From positions 1-64,000 of the IMG/VR virus record IMGVR_UViG_3300031707_000006: 64,000 bases of DNA, one strand, 5' to 3'. The stretch comes from a virus. Each line of letters begins with the position of its first letter. Position 1 is the first letter of the stretch. The notes under the pieces were generated by a model that saw only the letters and a program-made list of their open reading frames with translations, did not search any database and was not told the DNA's origin. The translations under genes and the position numbers were made by a program. Shown piece after piece: positions 47,529-58,161 of the stretch.

Positions 47529-48451
47529 ATCATTTCTCTCCAGGGTTGCACAAGTTGATTCACCATACAGAACACTTAGCAAAAATACAAAGAGGTGAAA
47601 TTGTTGGGCCAATTCATGTATCTGTATGGCCTACAAATAAATGTCAATTAGCCTGTACATACTGTTGTTTTAGGAATGTAATGAGAAATGATATAGAATT
47701 AGGTTTACACGATTTCAAACATGCTACAAATGTACTTAGATCTCATGGACTTAAAGCAATGGAATTCTCTGGTGGAGGAGAGCCATTACTTTGGAAACAT
47801 TTTGATGAAACTGTGGAGTTTGCTTTTCAAGAGGGTTTGAAATTATCTTTAGTAACCAATGGACTTTTACTGCCTAAGATTCCTACGAAAACATTAGAAA
47901 AATTTACCTGGATTCGGGTAAGTATCCAATCTGCAAACTATGCAAGAAAGATTGATTTTGATTGTATTCCCAAAAATGTTCGACATAGTGCCTCATTTAT
48001 CGTTCATGATGATCATACTTTAGCTGGGATAAAAAATTTATATCTATTTGCCAAAGATTTAAATTTGGTTATCAGAGTGGCTCCTATACGTCCGTGTACA
48101 TTAGAGTGGGAGAAAACAGTGGGAGATGAAACTGATAAATATGGATATCCATTAGTATTCTTTAGAAAAGAATCGGGTACACCATTAGGTTGTTATATGA
48201 TATATCTTCGGGCGGCAATAGATTGGAATGGTAATTTTCTTCCTTGTCCATCTATAGAATTAGGGTATGAATCTGAAGCGAATATACCAGATGATTTTGC
48301 TGTTTGTCATGTTTCTAAATTAGAGGAATGGTTACAAAACAATCCTCCTCATGATATGGGATATCGTTGCAAATTTTGCAACTGCGGTAAGGAATCAAAT
48401 GATCTAATCTATAATTTATTACAGCCGATTGAGGATGTGGATTTTGTATAA
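47492..48451 (+). CDS. Radical SAM enzyme with C-terminal Cys (SPASM/twitch-like) region
   Basis: CQLACTYC, SGGGEPLL, VTNG, C-terminal C...PC...CKFCNC. Confidence 0.88.
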   Translation: MDDISMQTKPEINHFSPGLHKLIHHTEHLAKIQRGEIVGPIHVSVWPTNKCQLACTYCCFRNVMRNDIELGLHDFKHATNVLRSHGLKAMEFSGGGEPLLWKHFDETVEFAFQEGLKLSLVTNGLLLPKIPTKTLEKFTWIRVSIQSANYARKIDFDCIPKNVRHSASFIVHDDHTLAGIKNLYLFAKDLNLVIRVAPIRPCTLEWEKTVGDETDKYGYPLVFFRKESGTPLGCYMIYLRAAIDWNGNFLPCPSIELGYESEANIPDDFAVCHVSKLEEWLQNNPPHDMGYRCKFCNCGKESNDLIYNLLQPIEDVDFV

Positions 48452-49019
48452 TTGTGGGATTTATCAAATTAAGAATTTAGTAAATAAAAAATGTTATGTG
48501 GGACAGGCCGTCAGATTACATAAAAGAGAAATAGATCATTTTTCCCAACTTAGATCGGACAGACACGAGAATCAACATCTTCAAAGGGCTTGGAATAAAT
48601 ATGGAAAAGAAAACTTTAAATTTGAAATATTAATCTATTGTGAACCGTTTGAATTAACTAGATATGAACAATTTTTTAGTGATTACTATAAAAAACTAGA
48701 TCTTCCTTATAATATAAGAAATTGTGTAGACAGTAATAAGGGTTTACCTTGTTCTGATGAAACTAAAAGAAAGATATCTGAAAAACAAAAAGGAGAAAAA
48801 GCATATAATTACAAAAAGATTTTTTCTAAAGAAACAAGAGATAAAATTTCCAAGGAACTAAAAGGACGAAAAAGAACAGAAGAACACATAAAAAATTTAT
48901 TAACTTCTTTAAATGGAAGTTCCGGAATGTTTGGCAAACAACACAGAGAAGATACAAAGAAAAAAATGTCAGAGGCTAGAAAACTATATTGGCAGAAGAG
49001 GAGAAAAGAACGTGCTTGA
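48429..49019 (+). mobile_element. Free-standing GIY-YIG homing endonuclease with NUMOD3 repeats
   Basis: GIYQIKN...YVGQ, LQRAWNKYG, SDETKRKIS, GKQHREDTKKKMS. Confidence 0.88.
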
Positions 49020-49701
49020 TCGGTTGGAAAAACAAAAAATGTTTAGTGAGTACATAAATTCCGATGGAAGTTTTAAACCCGAATTCTACAATGAAGATTA
49101 TTATGAAAGAGGAAAAGAAAGTGGCCGCGGCTGGCTCGAAAATTACCATTTAATGCCCGAAAGAAGTATCAGAGAGTCTTTTGCTTTTATTGATTATATG
49201 GGTTTAGATTCTCAAAGGGATTTTATTTTAGACTTTGGTTGTGCTAAAGGATTCTTAGTATGGGCATTTAGATTCTTAGGATATAAAGCAGAGGGTTGTG
49301 ACATCAGTGATTATGCACTCTCTTTTGCCCCAGATGGTTGTTGGAATTGTGCTACTTTAGATTCCTGGAGAGACCATGAATTAAGATATAGTCACATCGT
49401 GTGTAAAGATGTGTTTGAACACATTGAAGAGAAAACATTATTCTCTACCTTACGAGGATTAACTATGTTTGCTCCTAAGATGATGTGTGTAATCCCTATG
49501 GGAGATCATGGTAAATATCGTATCCCGGAATATCATATGGAGATTTCACACGTAATTATTGAGAATGAAATTTGGTGGGAAGATATGTTTATCGGTGCAG
49601 ATTGGAATGTTATTAAGCATACAAATCATGTACCTGGATTAAAAGACAACTGGATGAATGTGCCTGATGGGAATCATGTATTTGTATTGGAGGCTAAATG
49701 A
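49012..49701 (+). CDS. Class I SAM-dependent methyltransferase
   Basis: LDFGCAKG, GCDISDYA, DVFEH. Confidence 0.85.
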   Translation: MLDRLEKQKMFSEYINSDGSFKPEFYNEDYYERGKESGRGWLENYHLMPERSIRESFAFIDYMGLDSQRDFILDFGCAKGFLVWAFRFLGYKAEGCDISDYALSFAPDGCWNCATLDSWRDHELRYSHIVCKDVFEHIEEKTLFSTLRGLTMFAPKMMCVIPMGDHGKYRIPEYHMEISHVIIENEIWWEDMFIGADWNVIKHTNHVPGLKDNWMNVPDGNHVFVLEAK

Positions 49702-50579
49702 CAATTTGTGCCGATCTCACGGGCAATATAGGAAATAATTTATGGCAGTACTCGGTCACGAGAACGGTGGCTGAACATAGTGGATTTGAGTTTGGATTCA
49801 ATCGTCATCCATCCAATGATTATTTTCATGGCAAAGAACAGATGGACTTTATGGAGATTGATTATGGCAAAGAACATGATGCGCCCTGGTGTAGAGACTT
49901 AAGTAACCCTCCTCCAGGAATTAATAAAATCTGGTGTGAACCTAGAGAATATCGAAATACAGATGGGCATGAGTATACTTATTTTCCTTATACTCCTGAG
50001 ATCTTTAATGTACAAGACAATACGAAACTCATAATTGATTGCTGTCAGAATTTCAAATACATTGAGGAGAGAAAAGAAGATATCCGAAACTGGTTTAAAA
50101 TAAAACCAGAGTGTGCAGATAAATTTGCACAAACTATTCACTTCTATGATGGTTTAGAATTAGATGAGAATGTCTGTATAATCAATGTTAGAGGTGGGGA
50201 ATACGTAGGAGTAAAAGATTTTAATCTGCCTGTAACGTATTGGAACAATGCGATTAAACAGATGTTGTCCAGGAATCGTAAGATGAAATTCATTGTAGTT
50301 ACTGAGGATATTGGTTATGCAAAGAGTATCTTACCTTATCCTGTAGTGCATTTTGGCATTAGTATTGACTACTATATGGTTAATCAAGCGAAGAATTTGA
50401 TTATCTCTAACTCGTCTTTTGCACAATTTCCTACATGGTTGAATCCTCATAACCCATTTGTGATTGCTCCTCTTTATTGGGGGAGATATAATGTATCTAC
50501 GGGATATTGGTCGGCTTGTGAAATGAATCGCCCGGACTGGAATTTTATGGATAGAGGAGGAAATCTACATAAAGTATGA
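49698..50579 (+). CDS. Glycosyltransferase family 11-like (second copy)
   Basis: GNIGNNLW, INVRGGEY, VVTED, IISNSSF, VIAPLYW. Confidence 0.78.
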   Translation: MTICADLTGNIGNNLWQYSVTRTVAEHSGFEFGFNRHPSNDYFHGKEQMDFMEIDYGKEHDAPWCRDLSNPPPGINKIWCEPREYRNTDGHEYTYFPYTPEIFNVQDNTKLIIDCCQNFKYIEERKEDIRNWFKIKPECADKFAQTIHFYDGLELDENVCIINVRGGEYVGVKDFNLPVTYWNNAIKQMLSRNRKMKFIVVTEDIGYAKSILPYPVVHFGISIDYYMVNQAKNLIISNSSFAQFPTWLNPHNPFVIAPLYWGRYNVSTGYWSACEMNRPDWNFMDRGGNLHKV

Positions 50580-51436
50580 AAGTATTTGATCTTATAAATT
50601 TTTATCATGAAATGGATCTTTTGGAGATCCGACTAAATACCTTAGATCCCATTGTAGATTATTTTATAATTAGTGAATCTAATGTAACATTCTCTGGGAT
50701 TCCTAAACCATATTACTATCTTGAAAATAAAGATAGATATAAAAAGTTTGAACATAAAATTATTTCACAAATAATCACAGATACACCGGAAGATTATTTA
50801 CATCTTTCTCCTGATAGTGCTAAAGATCCTCTTCATAGATTGGTAATAGAAAGAGTTAATAAGGGAGATTGGTGGCCCCACAATATCCTTACGTATGGGA
50901 GAAATACCTATCAAAAAGAATGTCTTATTAGATCATTGGGAAATTGTGCCCCAGATGACATTATAATGACTTCTGATACAGATGAGATATTTAATCCAGA
51001 AAAAGTTAAAACAGTTCTTGATAATTTTGATCCAAATCAGGTATATAATTTTAGAAATAAAAATTATATCTTCTATTTTAATCTATGTAATGGAGAACCC
51101 TGGTTAGGTGGACAGTTACTTACTTGTAATAAACTTTTAACTGAAGCAGGTTTATGTGAATTAAAAATGAGAAGAAGAGGAGTATTTATAGAAGATGGTG
51201 GTTGGCACTTTAGCTATATGGGTGGTATAGAAAAGGTAAAAGAAAAATTAATTGCACTTGATGAACCAGAACTTAAAAATGTTAAAGGTGACATACGAAC
51301 TATTGTAAACACTTGTATTACTAAAGGATTTGATTTATATGGCAGAAATTATGGAATCTGGAAAGTTCCTATTGATGAAACTTTTCCAAAATATCTTATT
51401 GATAATCAGGATAAGTTTAAGGAGTATATTTATTGA
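50576..51436 (+). CDS. Glycosyltransferase family 17 (beta-1,4-GlcNAc transferase-like)
   Basis: FYHEMDLLEIRL, ESNVTFSG.PKP, SDTDEI, GGWHFSY. Confidence 0.85.
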   Translation: MKVFDLINFYHEMDLLEIRLNTLDPIVDYFIISESNVTFSGIPKPYYYLENKDRYKKFEHKIISQIITDTPEDYLHLSPDSAKDPLHRLVIERVNKGDWWPHNILTYGRNTYQKECLIRSLGNCAPDDIIMTSDTDEIFNPEKVKTVLDNFDPNQVYNFRNKNYIFYFNLCNGEPWLGGQLLTCNKLLTEAGLCELKMRRRGVFIEDGGWHFSYMGGIEKVKEKLIALDEPELKNVKGDIRTIVNTCITKGFDLYGRNYGIWKVPIDETFPKYLIDNQDKFKEYIY

Positions 51437-51960
51437 CTTTAATAAAATATAGGGATGAATTTATAGATTTATTGAATACTTTAGATAAAGTATGTATTGA
51501 ACATGTTATTAATTTAATATCAGTGCGCAAGACCTATCCATTTTTTGTTATTGGTAATGGTGGTAGTGCTTCTAATGCATCTCATTTTGCACAAGATTTA
51601 CTTAATACAGTAAAGATTAATGCAATTAGTTTATGCAATGACATCTCAACTATAACTGCAATTGCTAACGATATATCCTATGAAGATATTTTTAGTGAAC
51701 AATTAGAAAGAATGGGAAAAAAGTGGGGGGTATTAGTTGCTATTAGTGGTTCTGGTAATAGTAAAAATATTATTAAAGCAGTTAATACCGCAAATAAAAT
51801 TGGTATGACTATACTTGGTTTTACAGGATTTGATGGTGGGGAACTTGCAAAATTAATAGATTATTCAATTATTGTTCCATCAAATGATATGAGGATGATA
51901 GAAAGCACCCATTCTTTTGTCTTACATTATATAGTTAATGAATTAGTCCATGAAACTTAA
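51433..51960 (+). CDS. gmhA: Phosphoheptose isomerase (SIS domain)
   Basis: GNGGSASNASHFAQD, TAIAND, ISGSGNS, TGFDGG, ESTH. Confidence 0.88.
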   Translation: MTLIKYRDEFIDLLNTLDKVCIEHVINLISVRKTYPFFVIGNGGSASNASHFAQDLLNTVKINAISLCNDISTITAIANDISYEDIFSEQLERMGKKWGVLVAISGSGNSKNIIKAVNTANKIGMTILGFTGFDGGELAKLIDYSIIVPSNDMRMIESTHSFVLHYIVNELVHET

Positions 51961-52588
51961 TGAATTATCCCCTTTATCTTATTACATAAACCTGGATTAT
52001 CGCCCAGACCGGAATACTTATGCACAACAAGAGATTATGAAACTAGGATTAATTCCTATTAGAATCCCAGGAGTTATTTATACAGGGACAAATAATACAG
52101 TATTTAATAGACAGATTGGGTGTGGTTTAGCACATTTAAATGGCTTAAGATTAGCTAAAGAACAAAACCAAAATGTGTTGATGTTTGAGGATGATGTTAA
52201 ATTAATTAACGACTATACTAATATTATTCAAGGGGCATTAACTGAATTACCTGAACAATGGGACATGCTTTATTTAGGTGGGAATATCTGTAGTAGTATC
52301 TTTCAAATTTCAACACATTTGGGAAAATTAACTCACGCACAATCCACCCACGCATACGCGATTAATAAGAATTTTCTAGATAGATTAATAAACCATATTG
52401 AACCAAGAATTACTACAACTATTATTGATGTGATGTATGCAAATGATATTGTTCCCTCTCATAATTGTTATATCACTATACCTATGGTTGCTGTACAAAA
52501 ATCTGGATATTCTAACATTGAAGAACGAAATGTTTCATACCAAGACTGGATGGAGACTCGATTTTACGAGCAATTAAGGAGAAATTAA
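51950..52588 (+). CDS. Glycosyltransferase family 25
   Basis: YINLD.RPDR, GC.LAH, FEDDV, WDMLYLGG, THAY. Confidence 0.88.
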   Translation: MKLNELSPLSYYINLDYRPDRNTYAQQEIMKLGLIPIRIPGVIYTGTNNTVFNRQIGCGLAHLNGLRLAKEQNQNVLMFEDDVKLINDYTNIIQGALTELPEQWDMLYLGGNICSSIFQISTHLGKLTHAQSTHAYAINKNFLDRLINHIEPRITTTIIDVMYANDIVPSHNCYITIPMVAVQKSGYSNIEERNVSYQDWMETRFYEQLRRN

Positions 52589-52589
52589 T

Positions 52590-52859
52590 ATGTGTAAACA
52601 TGGCGATGAAGTAGTTTTACGAGTACCGATTAATCCTGAATTATCTTTTGATGGTCAATCTCGTTGGGACGATAAAGGTATTGATCGTTGTATTGCCCCA
52701 TTAGTACAAGCACTTAATTTCGCTGGAATTTATACATCCAGTTGTTGTTGTGGACATAATGCTGAATATGGTCATATATGGTTGCAAGATGGGAGGGTTT
52801 TAATAATATTACCTTTTGGAACAAAAACTATTATAACAGAATATGTAAGGAAAAATTAA
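52590..52859 (+). CDS. TYW3-like small protein
   Basis: IDRCIAPLVQALN..GIYTSSCCCGH. Confidence 0.45.
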   Translation: MCKHGDEVVLRVPINPELSFDGQSRWDDKGIDRCIAPLVQALNFAGIYTSSCCCGHNAEYGHIWLQDGRVLIILPFGTKTIITEYVRKN

Positions 52860-53477
52860 ATGAATAAGGACAATCCATCAATTTGTTATTTTATTCCTAC
52901 TCTTGGTAGAAAAACATTGACCAACACCCTCCGTTCTTTATATGGACAATTTGGACATAGTTTAGATAAAATAGAGGTGTTTTTTGATGGGTCTAATTTT
53001 ACAGAAGTTGGGCCAGATTATTTTCAATCAGAGCAAGACTTATATGGGAGTGACCTAATATTTCATGTTTTAGATCATAATCTTGGTTGCTATGGGCATG
53101 GGATTAGGAATACTTATCAAGGTACATTCCAAACAGACTATATTCATCATATGGATGATGATGATATGTATGCAAATAATGTGATCCCATCAATCCGTAG
53201 TGATCTAAGAACTTGGTATGGTAAGATGATTATTTATAAATTTAGAGCACATGGAGTGGGGATTGTAGGAGGTTCTGATGATTTTAGGCATGGTTTTGTA
53301 GGCACACCTGCTGGTTTAATTCCTAATAGGCCAGAAATATTTGGACATTGGGTAGAGGCATATGGGGGAGATGCTGATTTCTATTCTCAAACTAGAGATA
53401 AGATTGGTAAAGGAAATGTAGTCTATAAAAACAGGATTATCGTTTTGACGAGGCCCCATGTGTACGGGTATACCTAA
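52860..53477 (+). CDS. Glycosyltransferase family 2
   Basis: IPTLGR, GHGIRN, MDDDD, VGTP, YGGDADF. Confidence 0.8.
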   Translation: MNKDNPSICYFIPTLGRKTLTNTLRSLYGQFGHSLDKIEVFFDGSNFTEVGPDYFQSEQDLYGSDLIFHVLDHNLGCYGHGIRNTYQGTFQTDYIHHMDDDDMYANNVIPSIRSDLRTWYGKMIIYKFRAHGVGIVGGSDDFRHGFVGTPAGLIPNRPEIFGHWVEAYGGDADFYSQTRDKIGKGNVVYKNRIIVLTRPHVYGYT

Positions 53478-53484
53478 AACCTTG

Positions 53485-53517
53485 CTGTAAACGAAATTCT
53501 AATTTATTCAAAAAATT
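53485..53517 (+). promoter_or_regulatory. Repeated motif copy 4, upstream of the TerL unit
   Basis: CTGTAAACGAAATTCTAATTTATTCAAAAAATT followed by AAGGAG. Confidence 0.55.
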
Positions 53518-53794
53518 GAAGGAGATTAAAATGTTTCATACACACGATTTAAATTATATACAGATACAACCAGGAAATCAGTTACCTGGCACATTAACAG
53601 TTGGGAGCACTTATTCTCCACATCAACATACTCATACATGTATACACAATCTTGCATACTGTTCAGTGTGTGATGCAGTATATTGTACAATCTGTGGGAA
53701 AGAGTGGGGTCAACCTTATCGTTGGTATCCTTGCACTTGGCAACCCTATACAGGTATTACTTATAATAATCTTCCAGGACTTACTTATACATAA

Positions 53795-56548
53795 ATGGCA
53801 ATACGAGAGGTAATCACTCAAGGGGATATTCTACTATACGAAATTTTGAGGAATCCCTGTCTTTTTGGAGAGTTTGTTGAAAATATAGATAAACTCCCTT
53901 ACGAAGAGGAATTTAGATTCCATGATTATCAGAATGAAATGATTATGGACTTCAGTACCTATGTAAGTTTTTGTACAGGAAGAAGTGTTGGAAAAACAGT
54001 TTCGATAAGTCATTTAATGTCTTGGGCATTAACTTTTAATATCTTTCCCTCTGAGTATCTTGTTTATACTGTACCGGGAAGAGCACATCTAGAGCCTGTA
54101 TTTAATGCTTTGGTTAGGTTATTCAGAACCAACTCTTTTCTTAAACATTTTATTGCCTCAAACTCAGGTGTGAATAACTCAGACTTTACAATTCATTTAT
54201 TAAATCAGTCTGATTTATTTTGTAGAATTGCAGGACAAAGCGGTAGTGGTTTACCTGTAGTTGGTTTACACTCTCCATATGAATTCGTGGATGAATGTGT
54301 TGTGGGATCACAACTCGTAAGATGCAAAAACGGGAAAAACCCAATCTCTCATATAAAATCTGGAGATATCGTCATTTCATGGGATGGGGAAAATACTGTC
54401 GAAGATCGAGTTATTTCTACTCAAAAGGTCAAAAAAAATCAAAACGTATTAGAGATAGGATTTGATGGAGGATATATTAGAATTGGAGAACACCATAGAA
54501 TATATACAGATGCCGGATATATAGAGGCACATTTACTAAACATTAAAGATAATATTTATCATTCTACAAATTCGATTAGACAACGTTGGACTAAAAATGA
54601 AATAGATATTGTTAAAAAACGGATTAAAAATTCTGTACCTGTATATGAAATTGCTAAAGAATTGAATCGGACAGAATTAGGAGTTTTTAGAAAAATTAGT
54701 CATCTGGGATTATCAGTAAGAGAGATCTTTGATTCCATTCCTTTAACAGAGGAAGAATTTCAAGTGATTGCGGGATCATTTTTAGGGGATGGATCAGCAC
54801 AAATAGAACCATATAGAGCAAGATATACTACAAATCACAGTTTAAAACAAAAAGAATATGTCGATTGGCTTAGAATAAAGTTAAATAGACTTATAAGGGT
54901 TGAACCAAGGATCTCAAAAAATGGTGGATGGGGGACTTATAATTATTCTTTAAGTACCATAGGCCACCCAACAATCCTAACTCTTGCAAACGAATTGTAT
55001 ATTAATGGAAAAAAGACAATTACTCGATATTATTTAGATAGATTAACTCCACTTGGTTTTGCTATTTGGTTTATGGACGATGGATCAGAAAGTGGAATGT
55101 TATCTACACATTCATTCTCTGAATCTGAAAACGAAATTATAAAACAGTATCTATGGGAAAAATGGGGTATTGAATCGAAAATTTATAAAGACAAGAGAAA
55201 AAGTTTATATTTTATAGTAATTAGAATTAAGTCATTATCCATTCTTAGAAAAATTATTGAACCATATATTCCAGAATGTATGGGATATAAAATAGGAAAG
55301 GGAAAGTATAATAATACACTTCCAGAAATATCTATTATAAAGAATGGAGAAAATAAACAATCCCTAGAGAAAAAAGAAATTACTTATATTAAAAAGATTA
55401 AATCAACGGCAAGATACTTATATAATATTGAGGTTGAAAATAATCATAATTACTTTATTAATGGAATCCTAACAAAAAATTCGGGCTACTATCCGTATCC
55501 AACCTTCATTGAATTTAGACCTACCTTTAATAAATGGATGCCAGGATGCAAATTAATTGTATCTGGTGTCCCTACAGGTTTAAGAGAAAATAATGTTTTA
55601 TATCACTGTGATCAAGAAGATTCATCTTTCTCAAAACATAGAATCAGTGCAGATGATAATCCAAGATTAACCAAAGAAGATAGAGAACAAGCAATCGTTG
55701 ATTATGGTGGAGAAGATTCGGAAGATTTTGAGCATTTGTGGCGGGGCAGACATGGCCGTCCTGTATTTGCACTCTTTGATCGCAGTCTAATGGAAATATC
55801 TAACTATCCTGTATCTAAATTAGAGATAGATGGAATTAAATTAGCGGATAATATTGCTCTTTATGTTGAGAGATTGTCCCTACTTCCAGGATTACCACAT
55901 AAAGATTATTCCTGTTTTTTTGGAATAGATCTTGGTTATACGCAACCATCCGCTATTTATGTTCTTTATATAGATAATTATGGAAGAATTAAGTTTCATG
56001 CCAAAATAAAATTAAGTAAAGTTTCTTATCCTATACAAGAAAGATTAATAGATTATTTAGATTCTAAATATAATCCATTATTCTTAGGAATGGACGAGGG
56101 TTCATCTGGTAAATCAGTAAAACAACATCTTATGGAAGATAAAGAATATTGGCATAAAGATTATGAAAAAAGATTAATACCGATTGATTTCTCATCTTGG
56201 GTTATATTAGGATATGATTCAGAAAAGAAAGAAATTAAAAGTAAAACTAAACCATATGCGACTACCATTCTACAAGAATGGGCAAATAGTCACAAAATAA
56301 TATTTACATCAACTGACCTTGAAACAGTTACAGAACTGGAGAGAATGACGTTTACAAAGAATCCATCTGGAGAAATCGTTTATCGTACCTTAACAGAACG
56401 TGGGGGTAAACGAGGCGAAGATCACTTCACCGCTGCTTTACTTTGTGCAACAATGGCACATTATATTACTTATGATTCTCTTACTTCAGTTAAACATGTA
56501 CAACTTTTTAAAGGTGGTTGGATAGGAAATATAGGGAGACAACTATGA
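53795..56548 (+). CDS. terL: Terminase large subunit with intein
   Basis: YQ motif, GRSVGKT Walker A, FVDE Walker B, SGVP motif III, GIDLG nuclease, EDH. Confidence 0.88.
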   Translation: MAIREVITQGDILLYEILRNPCLFGEFVENIDKLPYEEEFRFHDYQNEMIMDFSTYVSFCTGRSVGKTVSISHLMSWALTFNIFPSEYLVYTVPGRAHLEPVFNALVRLFRTNSFLKHFIASNSGVNNSDFTIHLLNQSDLFCRIAGQSGSGLPVVGLHSPYEFVDECVVGSQLVRCKNGKNPISHIKSGDIVISWDGENTVEDRVISTQKVKKNQNVLEIGFDGGYIRIGEHHRIYTDAGYIEAHLLNIKDNIYHSTNSIRQRWTKNEIDIVKKRIKNSVPVYEIAKELNRTELGVFRKISHLGLSVREIFDSIPLTEEEFQVIAGSFLGDGSAQIEPYRARYTTNHSLKQKEYVDWLRIKLNRLIRVEPRISKNGGWGTYNYSLSTIGHPTILTLANELYINGKKTITRYYLDRLTPLGFAIWFMDDGSESGMLSTHSFSESENEIIKQYLWEKWGIESKIYKDKRKSLYFIVIRIKSLSILRKIIEPYIPECMGYKIGKGKYNNTLPEISIIKNGENKQSLEKKEITYIKKIKSTARYLYNIEVENNHNYFINGILTKNSGYYPYPTFIEFRPTFNKWMPGCKLIVSGVPTGLRENNVLYHCDQEDSSFSKHRISADDNPRLTKEDREQAIVDYGGEDSEDFEHLWRGRHGRPVFALFDRSLMEISNYPVSKLEIDGIKLADNIALYVERLSLLPGLPHKDYSCFFGIDLGYTQPSAIYVLYIDNYGRIKFHAKIKLSKVSYPIQERLIDYLDSKYNPLFLGMDEGSSGKSVKQHLMEDKEYWHKDYEKRLIPIDFSSWVILGYDSEKKEIKSKTKPYATTILQEWANSHKIIFTSTDLETVTELERMTFTKNPSGEIVYRTLTERGGKRGEDHFTAALLCATMAHYITYDSLTSVKHVQLFKGGWIGNIGRQL
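54296..55480 (+). mobile_element. Intein in TerL (395 aa) with HTH and LAGLIDADG endonuclease
   Basis: Starts CVVGSQ right after DE; contains GSFLGDGS and WFMDDGS; ends NGILTKN before Ser. Confidence 0.88.
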
Positions 56549-58047
56549 TAGACGAAAAATATAAAAGTGGATTCGCAGGACTACTTGTAAATACAGGAGA
56601 AGCCCAGTTTATTACTGGAAGTCAGAATACAGTATATCCACAAGACATAGATAAGATGGATAGTATGGATATTAAGGAATATCGAGAGGTTGTGAAGAGT
56701 TGTAGATTCTTCTATAGGAAAGATCCTATCGCTGGAACCGTGATCGATAAGATGATTGATCTCGGAATCACAGATATCTATATTGAGAAAAATGGATTAT
56801 CCGAAAATGAATTCCGAATTTTCACTGGAATTAAACCAATATTGAAAAAACTTGCTGCCACTTGTGGTTTAGAATGGTTACTATCTGGTTTGGTTATTCC
56901 AGAAATTTCATATGGTGCAGCAACTAAGGATGTCTTAAAAGAAATGGGGGTTAAAAAATATGAAACTATGACCATTCCACAAGACTTCTGGTTAGTTCCT
57001 TCTGAAACAGTTAAAATTAATTCCGTGTTGTTAACTTCAACACCATCTTATTATATTGAAATTCCCGCAGAATTGATCCATTTTATCCAAACTGAGGGAA
57101 CATACCCAGATAGTACAGAGGATAAACCAGCTTATGTAGCTTTAGCAGAAATGTTTCCCGAATTTGTGGCGGCAATTAAGGCAGGGAAACTTGAAATACA
57201 GATTAAGAATCCATTAATTGTAAGACGTAGACCATTATCTGATTGCCCATATCCAACTCCGTATCTTTATAGATCATTAGAATCTATGAAAGAAAAAAGA
57301 AATCTAAAAAGAATGGACTATTCTCTTGTTTCTAGAGTGACTACTGCTATTGAACATGTTAAGGTCGGTGATAAGGATTTCCCTGCTGTAGAACAAGACC
57401 AAGATCGTATTACTCATCTACAAAATCAACTCATCCATAGAAATTCTGGTAGAGTAGATATAGATAGGATCTTCCAGTTAGTTACTGATCACACTGTATC
57501 AATCGAATGGGTTTTTCCAGATGTCCAGGCATTACTCGCGGATTCAAAATATATACCAGTGAATAATGATATCTTTTTTGGACTTGGCTTTCCTAAAATT
57601 TTAACTACAGGAGAGACAGACCGCTCATCTGCCTCTGATCCAGAGTTTGCTACTATGTCACCAGTGAAAACTATGGAAGCAATGCAAGAAGATATTTTAC
57701 CTATTATTAAAGGAGTATTAAAAGAAGTATCTAATTATAATGGATTTAAGAGTGTACCTACTGCAAAATTTGATAATATTAACTTACATTCTTTTACTAC
57801 ATTTGTAGAGGGCATGACTGCACTTTATAATACAGGTAACTTATCTAGAACAGATTATGCTGCTGCACTTGGTTATAATTGGCTTAACCAAATGGTACAA
57901 AAATCAGATGAAAAGAAAGTTATGACAGAACTTGGTATAGAAGAATTCCCACAAGTGCCTTTCTCTCCACAACCAAATAACGATAAAAGTAAACAAAATA
58001 GACCTCAAGAGAAAAAAGATATAACACAAAACGAAGAAAATAAGTGA
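56544..58047 (+). CDS. Portal protein
   Basis: About 500 aa directly after TerL; FFYRKDP..GTVID, YPTPYL, FGLGFP. Confidence 0.75.
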
Positions 58048-58102
58048 TTAATCTTGCAATATCTCTTGTAATAGACCAATTATCCACAAGTTTTTAGTGT
58101 GA

Positions 58103-58113
58103 TGTGGTATACT
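58103..58113 (+). promoter_or_regulatory. Extended -10 promoter for head genes
   Basis: TGTGGTATACT in the intergenic gap. Confidence 0.5.
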
Positions 58114-58161
58114 AATAATAGAAACTGAGATCCCCAGGAAGATCTTACAGAGAAAAACTTT

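Noticed and set aside
58080-58088. DnaA box TTATCCACA before the head genes
   Set aside because: Single copy; the same 9-mer also occurs inside coding regions (near 33758 and 34782), consistent with chance in AT-rich DNA
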